64,000 nucleotides of DNA from contig NC_092671.1 of NCBI RefSeq assembly GCF_964355755.1, forward strand, positions 19,220,001-19,284,000. Direction: 5' to 3'. This document shows positions 1 to 13,009 of the stretch, one piece after another (within the stretch, counting starts at the first letter, position 1; the number at the start of each line of letters is the position of its first letter). The notes under the pieces were generated by a model. That model made no database searches. It was not told the DNA's origin and saw nothing but the letters and a program-made list of their open reading frames with translations. Made by a program: the position numbers and the translations under genes. Origin of the DNA: Antedon mediterranea (taxonomy: Eukaryota > Animalia > Echinodermata).

Positions 1-793
1 ACGCAATTAAACTACAGCATGATGTTATTCTATATACAAAAAAAGTGTTTATACTTATGGCAAATCAACCTTTATTAAAAATCTAGTGAAATTTAAACAA
101 TAAGCAAACAATTTGTTTTCAGTTATTATGATGCCAACTTGTAAATTTTAATTTGCACTATTTTCATTTTATTGAGCACAACAAACATGTGACTTAATAA
201 TGCATGCATACCCTGCCTTGAACACGTGAAGTCAATAACTTTTAACAGGATTAATCATAGCTTTACTTTTGTTTTACACTATAATGTAATACATAAATAC
301 AATAATATTGTATTGTATAACAAACCAAATACCGTTTAATAAAGAACTAAAAAATGGTATTCGCTTCACCATTATGTTCCATGTGTTAAATGACAATCAA
401 TTGCATTGGAAAATTAACCTTGGCCTGCAGATGTTAGGAAGATGGTCTAAATTTACACATTTAAAGGTTTAGAAAAATATTGGCAATTAAATGAGGATGT
501 TGACACATGTTGACTGAATGTTTCCGAAACTGGTGTAAAAGTAGACTGTGTTCTTAAATGCAGCGATCATAATCATTATGCACACACATTTTAGGTCATT
601 AAGTAGGTATGTGTTAAAACAAATGAGGTGTTACACACATGTTCAGGTTAAGATCAACTTCTTAATGTATCTTCATTAGCATACATTCATTGTTAAATGT
701 GTCTACTGACTGCATATGTCAGATCAGAGAGTATTTTTTTTCTACTAAAACTATTTGGAACTTGACTTTATATTTTCTTTTTAATGTGTTTAG

Positions 794-3190
794 GAGACGA
801 AGACGAGAATGGTTTGGAGCCAGTGAACTGCCCATATTGTGATCGTACCTACAAAAGATTAACATCACTTAAAGAGCACATTAAGTACCGTCACGAGAAA
901 GGGTCGAACAGTTTCTCTTGTCCAAAATGCAATTATTGTTTTGCGCACAAATCTCAATTGGAACGTCACATGGCAACGCACATGCCCGGTCGTAACCAAG
1001 TTTGCGAAATTTGCAACAAGGCTTTTGTGAACATTTACAGACTGCAACGACATATGTTGACACATACATCAGGAAATCGCAAATTTAAATGTGGCGAGTG
1101 CAGTAAAGCATTTAAGTATAAACATCACTTGAAGGAACACCTTAGAATTCACAGTGGAGAAAAGCCCTATGAATGCTCAATCTGCCGAAAGCGATTTTCT
1201 CACTCTGGTTCATACAGTTCACATATCAGCAGTAAAAAGTGCTCTCCAGTTCATTTACCGCCTATCATAAAGGATGCAATGGCGGCTCCTGTTAAAGTAG
1301 TTTCTGGAGATGTTTTACCAGATAGCAATGAAGGAAGTGGTAAAGAGAACAATGGACAGTCAATATCAAATAATATCTCATTCTTTTCTCCATTGCATGT
1401 TAAAATCCCTTCTCCAAATGGCCTAACACCGAATCAAAGCTTTGCTGATAAACAAAACCAACTTCATCTATCATCTCCGCCAAACGAAGCAGTAAAGAAA
1501 GTTTTAGAAATTGTTGGTGCCACTGTTACAAAGCAGCAACAGGAAGGGCAAAATACAGACATTTCCAAGATAAAAAAGACAGTAAACCCAACTCAAGAAC
1601 ATATTGAAATTATAAGTCCGAAAGTAAATACAACTGAAAAAGTTCAAGTTCCTGAAATAGTTAAAGATAAAGGCATAGTTTCTGCAAAGCTGGTAAAAAC
1701 ACCCAGTGCCCCTAATCCACCTCAAGATGACAATTACAGCATAGTTGATTACACTTTAAAGAAAGTTCACGAAGCCAAAGCTGTTGCCAGCTGCCTAGAA
1801 ACCCATCGCAAGAATAATACTGGTAGCTTGGAAAAGGTTTTTTGTAAATTTTGTGGCAAGTTCTTTGAGAACCCCATAGAGTTGCACCAACATGAAAGAT
1901 ACATTTGTACTAAGAACGAAGAAGTTCAAGAGGCTGTTAGCAGTGTGGACCAACCTCCTCCGCTTAAAAGCAATTGCAAAGAATTTTGTCGGTTATGTGG
2001 AGCATCATTTGACAGTCCGATTGAGAAACATCAGCATGAGCGGTACCTTTGTGATATGAACATAGACGTATGTAGACAAAAAATGCTTAATGATGTCCCT
2101 GCTTTAGTACCTGTTAACCACCACAATAGAAATGACAAGGAAGTAACTGAAAAAGAGATTGAAGAAGTGGAAGACGTTTCCATGATAAATGAAGAAAAGG
2201 CAGCTTTAAGCGATGATCAGACTATTGAAATGGAGAGTGATAAGGAAGAAAATAGTGAGAAAGAAGAGAATGAAGAATCAATGGAAGAAACTGAAGAGCC
2301 AAATGAAGTTCAGGTAATCTCAAGTGTTCAAGAGCAAGCATTAAGGGCATTCTATGCCTTGCAAGCCCAACCATCTGAAGATGGATTGAACAAGATCTCT
2401 CAGGCTTTAAACCTCAATGTAAAAATCATATCTAATTGGTTTGAGAAGTCTTGGCAACAGGAGAAAGATGGTACTGATCCATCACTAAAAGGACTTGAAT
2501 ATGCAGAAAAGGCTACCATCAATGAATCAGCTGATAGGTTTGAAAGCAGTTCATCTCCATCAGAACAAACTGAAGAACAAACAACTGGACAAGAAGTAGA
2601 TGAAAGTCGAGGTGTAGATCTTACCAGAGTTCGTCCAACACCGCTGACAATACAAACAACTTCACCGATTTCAAGTCCACAGACAAGTCCTTCAAGCTAC
2701 CATTCAAGACCGATAGTTACTTCATCACCATCAAATATATACAATGATGCTCCACTTGATCTAAGTGTACCTAAACGGTCTCCACCGCCTCCAGAATACC
2801 ATATGGACCGAAATAACCTAATGTTTCGTTACAAGTACCCATCCCTGTTTTCGCCAGCAATGGGAAGCATACTTTATTCAGGTCTACCTATGCGACCCCC
2901 TCTCCATCCACAAGCAAGTATGTATTTTGAGAACACTATTAAAGCACACAGTCCAGTACCACAAGTTAACAAACGAAGATACCCTGAATCACCATACATT
3001 GCCTATTTACCATTACCAAATGGGTATCAGTCTAAACGACCAAGGATCAGTGTTGCACCAATGGACTACCCACAGATTCCAGAGATCATGACATCTGAAC
3101 CGGTCCTAAGAAAACCTGGAACAATTGAACTGAGCCACTCGCCACCTTATCCTGTGCACTCACCAAAGAGTTACACAGAAGACAGTCACG
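794..3190 (+). CDS. ZEB2: ZEB/zfh-1/SIP1 zinc-finger E-box-binding homeobox protein, large internal exon (gene starts upstream of the window)
   Basis: Acceptor AG 792-793, donor GT 3191. N-terminal C2H2 cluster ([51 protein letters not shown]), Smad-binding-like segment ([12 protein letters not shown]), [11 protein letters not shown] box, HQHERYxC fingers, divergent homeodomain ([13 protein letters not shown]...IISNWF), CtBP motif PLDLS. An invertebrate single-copy gene would be co-orthologous to ZEB1 and ZEB2. Confidence 0.95.
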
Positions 3191-3645
3191 GTAATTATTA
3201 AATTTCTGGTTTTTATATTTTTGTATTTGAATTCAAATGGAAGCATTTTAAAGGGGCTTTTATAACAAGCATAACAAGCTACTGTACAAAAACATAATAA
3301 TAAAGTTCAAAGCTTTAATAGTGATTTTTACATATGCAAATGACTTGACTGTAATCTTTAATATCAATATATCCTACTATAATTACTTTCTGATGATGCT
3401 TCTTAATAGTGAAACAAAGGCTACTAACCGACTCCAGTAAGTCTGCCGATAGACCATCATAATCTCTACCTTACATCTATGTCGAATCTAATTAATGTAA
3501 ACTTAGTGGCATTTCCTTTTTCTAAAAAACAAACAGATGGAATGATTTAGTTAAATAAAGTGTATTCCTAATGCATTCAATCCAAATTACATGTTTAAAC
3601 TTTTTAATCAGTGATTAATTCATTAAATTTTAATATTTTTTATAG

Positions 3646-3828
3646 ACATGAACTCATCAAGAATGGATAGCATGTATGATGATATTTACATTGATGATAC
3701 TCCTGGTAAGCAAAGGAGGCGAGATCGGGTTGTACGCAGCGTAATTGGAGGACTGTACGCATGCAGTCAATGTCCGAAGACATTTCAAAAGCATAGCTCT
3801 CTCTTGAGACACGTTTATGAACATTCAG
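3646..3828 (+). CDS. ZEB2: ZEB exon, first finger of the C-terminal zinc-finger cluster
   Basis: AG 3644-3645 and GT 3829, phase 1 at both ends; [27 protein letters not shown]. Confidence 0.93.
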
Positions 3829-4947
3829 GTATGATAATTGCAAGTTTTCCTTTCAATATCACAAGTTATGTCAACCACTGACTTGTACATCACCACAATA
3901 TGTTTAATAATCGTCTATTCTTAAATTTGTCCATTGAAATGAAACCAGAAGTTGTCTTTTGAAATGTTATAAGGTTTAACTTAATTACATAAAATGTACA
4001 ATATATAGATATTCAATGTACTATATAATTTCTAAAAATATACTATTAGCAATATAGTAATAATTGTTTTACCATTATATGTTGGTCAGAGGTCACTATT
4101 AAGGGGTGATATAGAATACCTATTAGTATCGCATTTTAAGTCAACAATCGGGAATGTTGCATTGTTAACAGCAAATTCAGGAAATCCTCCTTAGACAATT
4201 TTAGTCTTAAAATTACCCAAATATCCTATCTGATTTAAAACCTTTTTATTCTCTTCACACTCGGATTCGGTAGATCAGAGCGATTAAACCCAATATATCC
4301 TAATATGGGATCATTCCATGTACACGAAACTTAAATCAATATAAAATATCCACAAATGCATTTATTAGTACTGTAGTAGTAAAGGGTGAGTAAATTACCC
4401 TTTTGTTTAGCAGACCGTTGCTCACCTTCAATGACATTCAGTTAATGACAATAATGACATTTCAATAGCCTGGCAATAATGACATTGCAATGGCGTGGGA
4501 CCTTTGCCGAAGAACCACAAAACAGCTGGACCACAGGAAACAGGTGGTCTTCTGGGCTCTTCCCTCGAGATCCAGTTTGTGATGAAAGGAAACTCGTAAG
4601 TGTTTAGGCACATGTTCACAGCAAGACAAACTGGAGAGGGAGCTCACGGTAACCAACAGGTGGCTTTCCCGCGTAGGTATTCTGACTCCTCACGTTAACA
4701 GTGTTGTAAAAGGTTTGCCACGGATAAAATTTACAGAGATACACAGCAGGACCAAGACCGCTTGTCGTCAACAGTTGTTTTTTAATCTTTCTTATCGCTG
4801 TTACTTAAACATAAACGACTAGGGGAATTAAGAGTTAATAAACAGATTGAAAAATTCTGATAATAACAGATGTTGATTTATAAATGTAATAATCAATGCC
4901 TGAAGTTCAATTCATACTTAAATAATGATATATTTTTTATTTTGTAG

Positions 4948-5261
4948 GAAAACGTCCTCACATGTGCAAAGAATGTGGAAAAGCGTTTAAACACAAACAC
5001 CATTTAATGGAACACTCTCGTCTGCATAGTGGTGAGAAACCTTACCAGTGCAATAAATGTTTAAAGAAGTTCTCACATTCAGGATCTTACAGTCAGCACA
5101 TGAACCACCGTTACAGCTACTGTAAAAGAGAGGATAACTTAGGAGCTGGTTTTGGTCGCAAAAAAGGTGCTACAATTAAACAAATCATGTCAAAAGAGGA
5201 CTATGTACAAGGCCTGACAGCTGATGTTAAAAGTACAAATACGAATGAAATTGAAGTATAA
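4948..5261 (+). CDS. ZEB2: ZEB last coding exon, C-terminal zinc fingers
   Basis: AG 4946-4947; G|GA joins in frame to [57 protein letters not shown]; stop TAA ends at 5261. Confidence 0.95.
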
Positions 5262-8200
5262 AATATAAAAACGAGCACACCTATCCTAATTAGGCAATTA
5301 TCAAAATAAAATTATCAAAAATAGGTGTCAGAAGTTGTGTGTGGCTTTTGAGAATATAGAAACATCTTGTTTTTCTGTTATACTTTGCCCGAAATAGCTA
5401 TATTTTGGTTAACAGTAATTAAATATGTAATTGTATTATAGTATCATAATTACAAAGTATTAGTAAAATTTTGAACAAACTATATGCAGTAACTAGTCTT
5501 CCTGATGTATACAACTGAAAATACATTTTGTAAAAAATCAAAATGATATTCTGATTAAGTGTAAAAATCATAATAATAATAATATTAATAATCTCAAATA
5601 TAATGTTGAGTTAAAGTAGAATGTAAATATTGTTTTTCCAAGGTAGCTAAATCCATCTGAACATATTGGTGTGCTTTCTATAAATTATGAACAAATATTT
5701 ATTTTAATTTATCATTTTAAGTTATGTTATTCACAATGTTCTTTCACTTCATTAGTAACTAAAAGTGCTGAAATTGTTATGTTATTTACTGTAGTTAAAT
5801 ATGTCCTTTCATTGTACATAGTAATTTTAAATGTTTAAATGCAATGCATTTTGTTTATATTAATTTGTTTTAAAGTTGAACAAAAACCTGTAAATATTTG
5901 AGTTTCAAAGGATAAATATTCCATGTAATAATATTGCTAATTTTATTAACTTAAAAAGGATAAAGCATGCTAAAGTTGAATACCATGTTTTTTAAAAATC
6001 TTTTTATATTATTGTAAATATAGTTGCAATTTTTGCCATCTTGCGAGATCATTATATTAATCGCAGGAGACACCTACTGTGGCCGAGATATCAGATCAAT
6101 TTTATTTACCTTATACCCGGTGAAACATGTTTAAAAGCCATAACATACTCAGACGCTAATGTATTTTTAAACCACTGGTGAATATATTTCACATTCATTG
6201 TTATTACTTTAGCTTAGTTGGTCTTGTTATATTCTACAGGTCTTTGGTAGGTTATCCCAAGGCCTGGGCTCAAATCCTGTCTCTATACCAAAACAGCTCC
6301 ATTGTAATTGGCAATTTATCTTGTTTAATAAACTATTACACATTCACATATAAAGCAATATATATATTGCATTTTGTTAGTAATAAGAGGTCTATTCCTT
6401 TATACGAACGTGACCTTTTCAGAGTTAAACATTCATTTCCTGTGATCTCCGAATGGTCTTTACTTGGTGCCATTCTGTCTCTACGAGTTTCCAAATTCTG
6501 GCGGGCATTTATGAGTGCAATTTTTACCTGACTTGTACACAAACAAAGCTAAAAAACTAATGTTATGACCTTATGGAACACTAGTAATTAGTGACTTTAA
6601 TTTTGTTTACTGGGTCATAAAACATGACCTTTTTGGTTGAAGGAGTTTTGGCTTGTTTTTCTATATCTAAAATTTGTTTTTCTGACTGGGTGTTTATACC
6701 TACACTTGCTGTAGAGTATTGAAAGCAAAGTAAAGGTTGTGAGATAAGATCAATTTTATAATATGAAATAGTCACTAATTTCAAAGATGATTTAAGTGTT
6801 GAGTATTTGTAAAATTGACACTCACAAACCAAAGTGTTGTTAAGTAAAAGAATATGAAATTAATTTTGAGAATACAATATTTTAATTAGTATTATTATAC
6901 TATGTGCTTTTTGCAATGAAAGAGCAACAGACAATTGGCTATTTATGAGTTGAATTTTAAATACATTTCCAATTTATATATCATTTATTTACTCATTATG
7001 TATAACTAAATTAATAATCATAATTTTGTGCAAATATTATTAATTATGTTGGTTCAATTTTACTTTTAATTAAATTTAAATCAACAAGCAACTTATCAAA
7101 TGTCTTCCACATAGATCAACTATGCATTACTGTAGCTATCAAATACTACACAATTTACTGATTCATTCATTATGTTTTTGTGAGTTAATTACTAACGTGG
7201 AGTTAAAAGTATTTGATCAATTGTTTATATTACAGCTCCATTAAATTACATACTTATCGATTATACAGTTATTTTAAATTAATAACATTTGTTTATATTG
7301 TATTAATAACATTTGTTTATATTGTATTAACAACATTTGGTTAAATTGTTTTGTCAATATTACATACAACTCTTAGTTTTACTTTAATAATTGGTATACT
7401 AATGCCATATAATAACAAACATAATGCGAATATTAATGTATTAATCTCTGATTGAAAGTTGTGTGCTACATTGGACTCGATATCAGCGAGCTCAAAACTT
7501 TCTTTACGTTTTGTGTGCTATATAAATTCGTCCGAAAGATTTGAGAAGCCTACTTGTATATTTTGTTGGACAAAGTAACACAAATTATTAATATAATTAA
7601 TTATTGGTGTAATGTATGTTTTTAATTTGTTTTGTATTGATGTTAACTGTCTTTAATGACTCAATAAACTTGAAAAGAAACTTATCTGTTTTCAATTTTG
7701 CTTATTTTTGGAGTCATTTTTCAATTTTGACATTATGTTTAAGATTAGGACTGTGGATGCTGAGAGACACTTCTAAATAGCGCGCTTTTGTTTCAGGACG
7801 GGGAAGGAGAACATTTCCACTATTTTCAATTTTAGAAGCACATTTCTGAAACAATGCTGATATAATAACAAATGATAACTTTTTACTAGTTGAAGGGACA
7901 GAATATGTTCATGAGTTAATGCAAAATTAACCAATGAAATGACAAGGATACACTTAGGTGTGTTTAATTAGTTCTATTATGAACTATTGAATGGTAAAAG
8001 TTACGTTCAATAATTCTATTACACATCAGCTTTGTAAAAATGTTCAGAATTGTGTGCAATGGAAGGATAGTTACCATTCAACTCATAAATATTTACTATT
8101 TCTATAATTGTGCATTCGAATTTCTACTAAATCCTATTCAGTTATTTATTTATTTCTGCACTTTTAAAACAACTGTAACGCTGCTGCTGAGTAAAGATCA

Positions 8201-11200
8201 CAAGCAAACATTTAGTTTCATCATCATGAAGAACTTATTAGGCAAACGCTTTAAAAAATTTAATTTTCCATTTCACTTTGTTAATATGCACAGTCAACAT
8301 ATTTTTATCATGTCAGAAGAATCAGTGTATTCAGAAAAAAAAAGTTAGCAGTTATTGGTTACTAAATTTAGCTTGGTAGACAGGTTGGGGCCTGATGTCA
8401 GTACTAAGCATATGGCTGTCATTACTAACTGTTTTAGTAGGTAGACAATAATATGCCTAGTGTGTTTAGACAGGTTTTTAAAAAACTAGAACGCTTTCCA
8501 CACACTTCCTGATCGTTTTTGACCGATATTTTTTGTCATTTATCTAATTTGTATGCTTGTAGTGTTTTTTCCTTTATTTCTTACACTAAAAATGGTTTTC
8601 TTGTTTTTTTTTTGTTGACAATCTAATCTGAATGTGTTCTTTTAGTGACCACGACATGTTTGCACACTAATGTATAAAACAAAAGGCAAGAGTGTTTGTG
8701 TGTGTATTATTTTGGACAAACATAACATAATAGAAAATAAAACAAATTGAAAATAACATGTGAATAAGTGGCAAAAACCAATCACATGCATGAAAAAGAA
8801 ATAAAACAGAAAATATAAATAAATATTAAAATTTGATTATTTTCTGGTATTTTCTGCATTATTAAGTATTAAATATGTTATAAAAAAATTATATCAAAGT
8901 CACTTAATTAGATGCTAAATTATTCAAATAATCTTCCACTTGTATTTTGATTAGATGCTAAATTATTCAATTTTAGATTCATATTAAACTAGTTCTGTAC
9001 TTTACAATGTTTTAAAATAAATTTCAATTTATATTGTCCCCTGATAAAAATAATTGGAAACAAATGTTGTTGTTGAATAGGCCATCCTAGTACTAGAATT
9101 GTAGTTGAACTGGACTGTTCACAAAAATCCTATTTTTATATTGACAATAAAGATTTGGCAATAACGTTTTGAGAAATCTGGTACTAAACAGAAAACAAGC
9201 AAACTGATGAAATTGTCAATAACAATCGATGACATCCAGTGCTTTCTTTAATTTATTTTAATATTTTGTAAAACAAATTTGTATATTATTATTAGACCTT
9301 GTTTATAAATGTTTTGTCATTTTGCTAATATTTACTGCATTGTTTTCAACACGTCTCTTTCTTTCACCACTGTGTCTGTTCTTTTGACATAAATGTTTAC
9401 AAAAATCAATCTAATATTCAAGAATTTAATTGAAATTCGTACAATTTAATAAATATTAATGAATGTTCGTCTCATTTGTTTGCCTCGCGCCCCCCTGGAC
9501 GGTCTGTCTTTGAAATGTTGATGCTATTATATAATCTTAATAATTAATTTTTAATTTGTTGTCATCACAGGTTTGCAACCAAGATTTGTTGCAGGGAGGA
9601 GGTGTGTATTTTGACAAATTTGAACCATTTCTTTATAACAGTAGTAAAGGAATAGATGGGACTAGGTTGAGCAAAAGAATTATGCCTACCAGCTCTGAGC
9701 CCAGGTCTATACAATAACCAATCTGACAAAGTGACATTATTTATGTTATAAACTTACCTGTGCGTTAAGCGTTTAATTGGAACGACTAGAGCAAACGATG
9801 TGTTACCAATGAACCTATTCTTTGGTGTTACAACTACCACCGTGAAATGACCACGCCCACATGAAACCCTTAAGAACACTTGTAGAACCAACAGAATAGG
9901 GGATGATATAGGCCCACCAATAATTTCCCCTAGTCGCGGTTGGGGAATTTGTACTCAAAATCAGATCGATTCCCACGACACATTGTTATAATAAATAGCT
10001 CCTCCACAGACAGCTCAGGAACCTTAGATATTTTATATGTTCTTTGCCAGTAATAACTAGCAACCACATGACCAGACTTTTGTGAATATCAATAATATGT
10101 CTGAACATTCTAATGTTCATAACATTGCACTTGCATATAGGTACAATATTTCACAGCATTTATACTTCACTAAACCACTAATATTATGTAGAGAAGACAT
10201 ATTTACTTTTCTAAGTTGACTATGTTAATAATTATTATATTAAGCAACATACGTCATGAGAGCACGTATTTGTGTTAGTAGCATCCTGGTGTCATTCACA
10301 CATTTTTTTTCCAAATCTAATACATGTTTTCATTATTCATTTGCTTTTTGAAATTAATTTTAAAATTAAAATTTCCTATTAATGATGCTGACAGAAATTG
10401 ACCGCAAGATCGCACATGACTTGACGGTGGATAGGTCTTGTGAGAAGATTAATTCATTCGTTAATATTTCATAAGCAACAATACAAAATCTCACCACCTT
10501 GGAAAGGAACACCAGCAAACACATCTTGTGATTGTTTTATTCGAGGAGTTTGTGAACAAAGGCTGACATAACTGTGGTAATTCGATGAAGAAAACAGAAT
10601 TCCCGCCACTGTCAAGTAGTCATGTTTAATAATGTTAATAATGATATAGAATTAAAGTGAAATATAGTACGGAATCCTATACTAACTTTAAAAAAATATC
10701 CCTTTAATAGGGGTTTCTCCTGGGTTTGCTCCTAACATTTTGATTGTTACATGGGAAATAGAATTCCCAAATGTACATGTGAATTTCCTGACTGTTATTA
10801 TTGTGTAATCTACTATTTATGTATAGGGTTGCTTTTATTAAAGATATAACAAAATAAGCATAAACACAACGCCCCTATTGTTAGACGGTAGCATAATTAG
10901 GCCCTACTGTCGATATTTGAATTGTAATAATATTGTTAAATTATTATCATTGTTCATTGAGGCCTCATATATATTTCTTATGTTTTTAAATGTGTACGGT
11001 ACTTTAGTCTAGTACACCATATTATATAAATTATATTTAATGTAGTAAATGTGGATTACCATATTATTCCAGTAGGCCTACTAGAAAACTAGAGGTATTT
11101 CAATTTTGTTTTATCATTCAAAATTCACGAAAACTTATTCAAAATTGTACATAGAACCTTCTATCATCCATAATTAAAGAGTGATCAAATACAATGGTTT

Positions 11201-11400
11201 TTATCTTTATGGAAAGTTTTTATGTGCTCATTATAAGCCTCATCATTTTTTCTGAAACATTCTGTTTCTGCCTCTGTTCCATTTTATTTCATTATAGCCT
11301 CTATATTACAACTGGGACTGCGATGTTAACAATATAGGAACTTGACCTTACCTCAGTCACAGATGGAAAATCGTATTACCCATAAAACACTGAACCGGAA

Positions 11401-11892
11401 ACAAAACTAAGATATCTCTATTAATAGAGATATCTCTATTAATAGAGATATCTTAGTTTCAAATAGAGATATCTTAGTTTTAAATAGAGATATCTCTATT
11501 AATAGAGATATCTCTGTTAATAGAGATATCTCTGTTAATAGAGATATCTCTTTAAAAAACTAAGATATCTTAGTTTTTAATAGAGATATCTTAGTTTTAA
11601 ATAGAGATATCTCTATTAATAGAGATATCTCTATTAATAGAGATATCTCTATTAAAAACTAAGATATCTCTATTTAAAACTAAGATATCTTAGTTTTTAA
11701 TAGAGATATCTCTATTAATAAAGATATCTCTATTAATAGAGATATCTCTATTAAAAACTAAGATATCTTAGTTTTAAATAGAGATATCTTAGTTTTTAAT
11801 AGAGATATCTTAGTTTTTAATAGAGATATCTCTATTAATAGAGATATCTTAGTTTTAAACTAAGATATCTTAGTTTAAAACTAAGATATCTT
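11401..11892. repeat. Tandem array of 18-22 bp palindromic units centred on GATATC
   Basis: About 25 units such as TTAATAGAGATATCTCTATTAA and AAAACTAAGATATCTTAGTTTT, plus hybrids of the two. Confidence 0.9.
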
Positions 11893-13009
11893 TATTTCCG
11901 AATAAATGACAGCTTGGCGCGCCATATATTTGCCATCTGAGGAATTATAATATTTTATTTCACTTTAAACTACCGGTATATACTTTAATTCGTTGTTCCA
12001 AACTTAGGTATTATTTACTATAGTTTACCCTTGCGAAGTCAATACTATTCAGTTTCTAGATTATATCGTCATATAAAATCAAGAGTATGAAACTTATTTC
12101 GTTCCGGAGAAACTAATGATAAGGATTCAAGATTATGGATTGCGACGTCTATCTCTCTTTTGGAAAGTTTTATAGAATCATTCCATAGGGGGCGCTATAC
12201 CAACAACCAACAACGAATAGAACACATAAATCGTCGTATAAGAAATCAAGTTGTATTTAATATACAGCAGAACTATTTATAATACAAAAAGAAAAAAGAT
12301 ATATGACTGATAAAAAAACAAAATAACATAAAAAATAAATATTGGGCCTATTTCAACCAACAACATCATACACCGTAAAGACATGCTTTATGAAAATTGT
12401 ATTTTTCTTCAATAATATAATCAGTTTTGAATGAAAAAATATATAGGCCTATATTAAATAATTTATCGTTTAAAGGCTTAATTATCTATAAAATAAGTAG
12501 ACCTATATCCATAGTTTATTTTTTCGTCAAATATTCTTTATTCATCAAACATAAAAAAATACAATGAATATGAATACATAATATAAAGATGAAAAGGAAA
12601 TAGGCCTACATAAAAACTCAAAAGAGCTTGATTAGTTGTGTCCCCTTACGTCCCTAACTAGCCTAAAACTAATACTTAAATAATAATAAAAGCTAAATCC
12701 TGCAACAAGTACTATTTTAAAAATTATTTGTAAAATGATAATAAACGTTCTTTAAACAATGATTTAAATATATTTAATGATTTGGTACTTTGTAGTTCGT
12801 AATTCAAGTCATTCTACAATTTCCACACATGACACAGTAAAACTAGTAAAAGTACGATTACGTTTTCTGAGTCTCATTTTGTCCTTAGATCTTGTATTAT
12901 GATTATGGTAAGAACCATTTTTTATAAATAGTGGTGAAAAACGCACGTCCTGATTAGTTAATAAAAAAAAAATTAGTTAATACACTTTTGAATTCGTCTG
13001 TCGATAAAA

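Noticed and set aside
784-793. ATG at 784 as the ZEB start codon
   Set aside because: It lies in the polypyrimidine/acceptor region; the exon most likely begins at 794 and the true start is upstream of the window.
4535-4665. Two CAGGTG E-boxes in the last ZEB intron suggesting autoregulation
   Set aside because: Six-mers this short are expected by chance, and the region may be repeat-derived.
5262-7670. miR-200/miR-8 seed sites expected in a ZEB 3' UTR
   Set aside because: I found no clear CAGTATT or CAGTGTT 7-mers by eye; only partial AGTATT matches.
12183-12198. CTCF-like motif CCATAGGGGGCGCTA (also TAGAGGGCGCTA near 59958)
   Set aside because: Imperfect single matches that cannot be supported without binding data.
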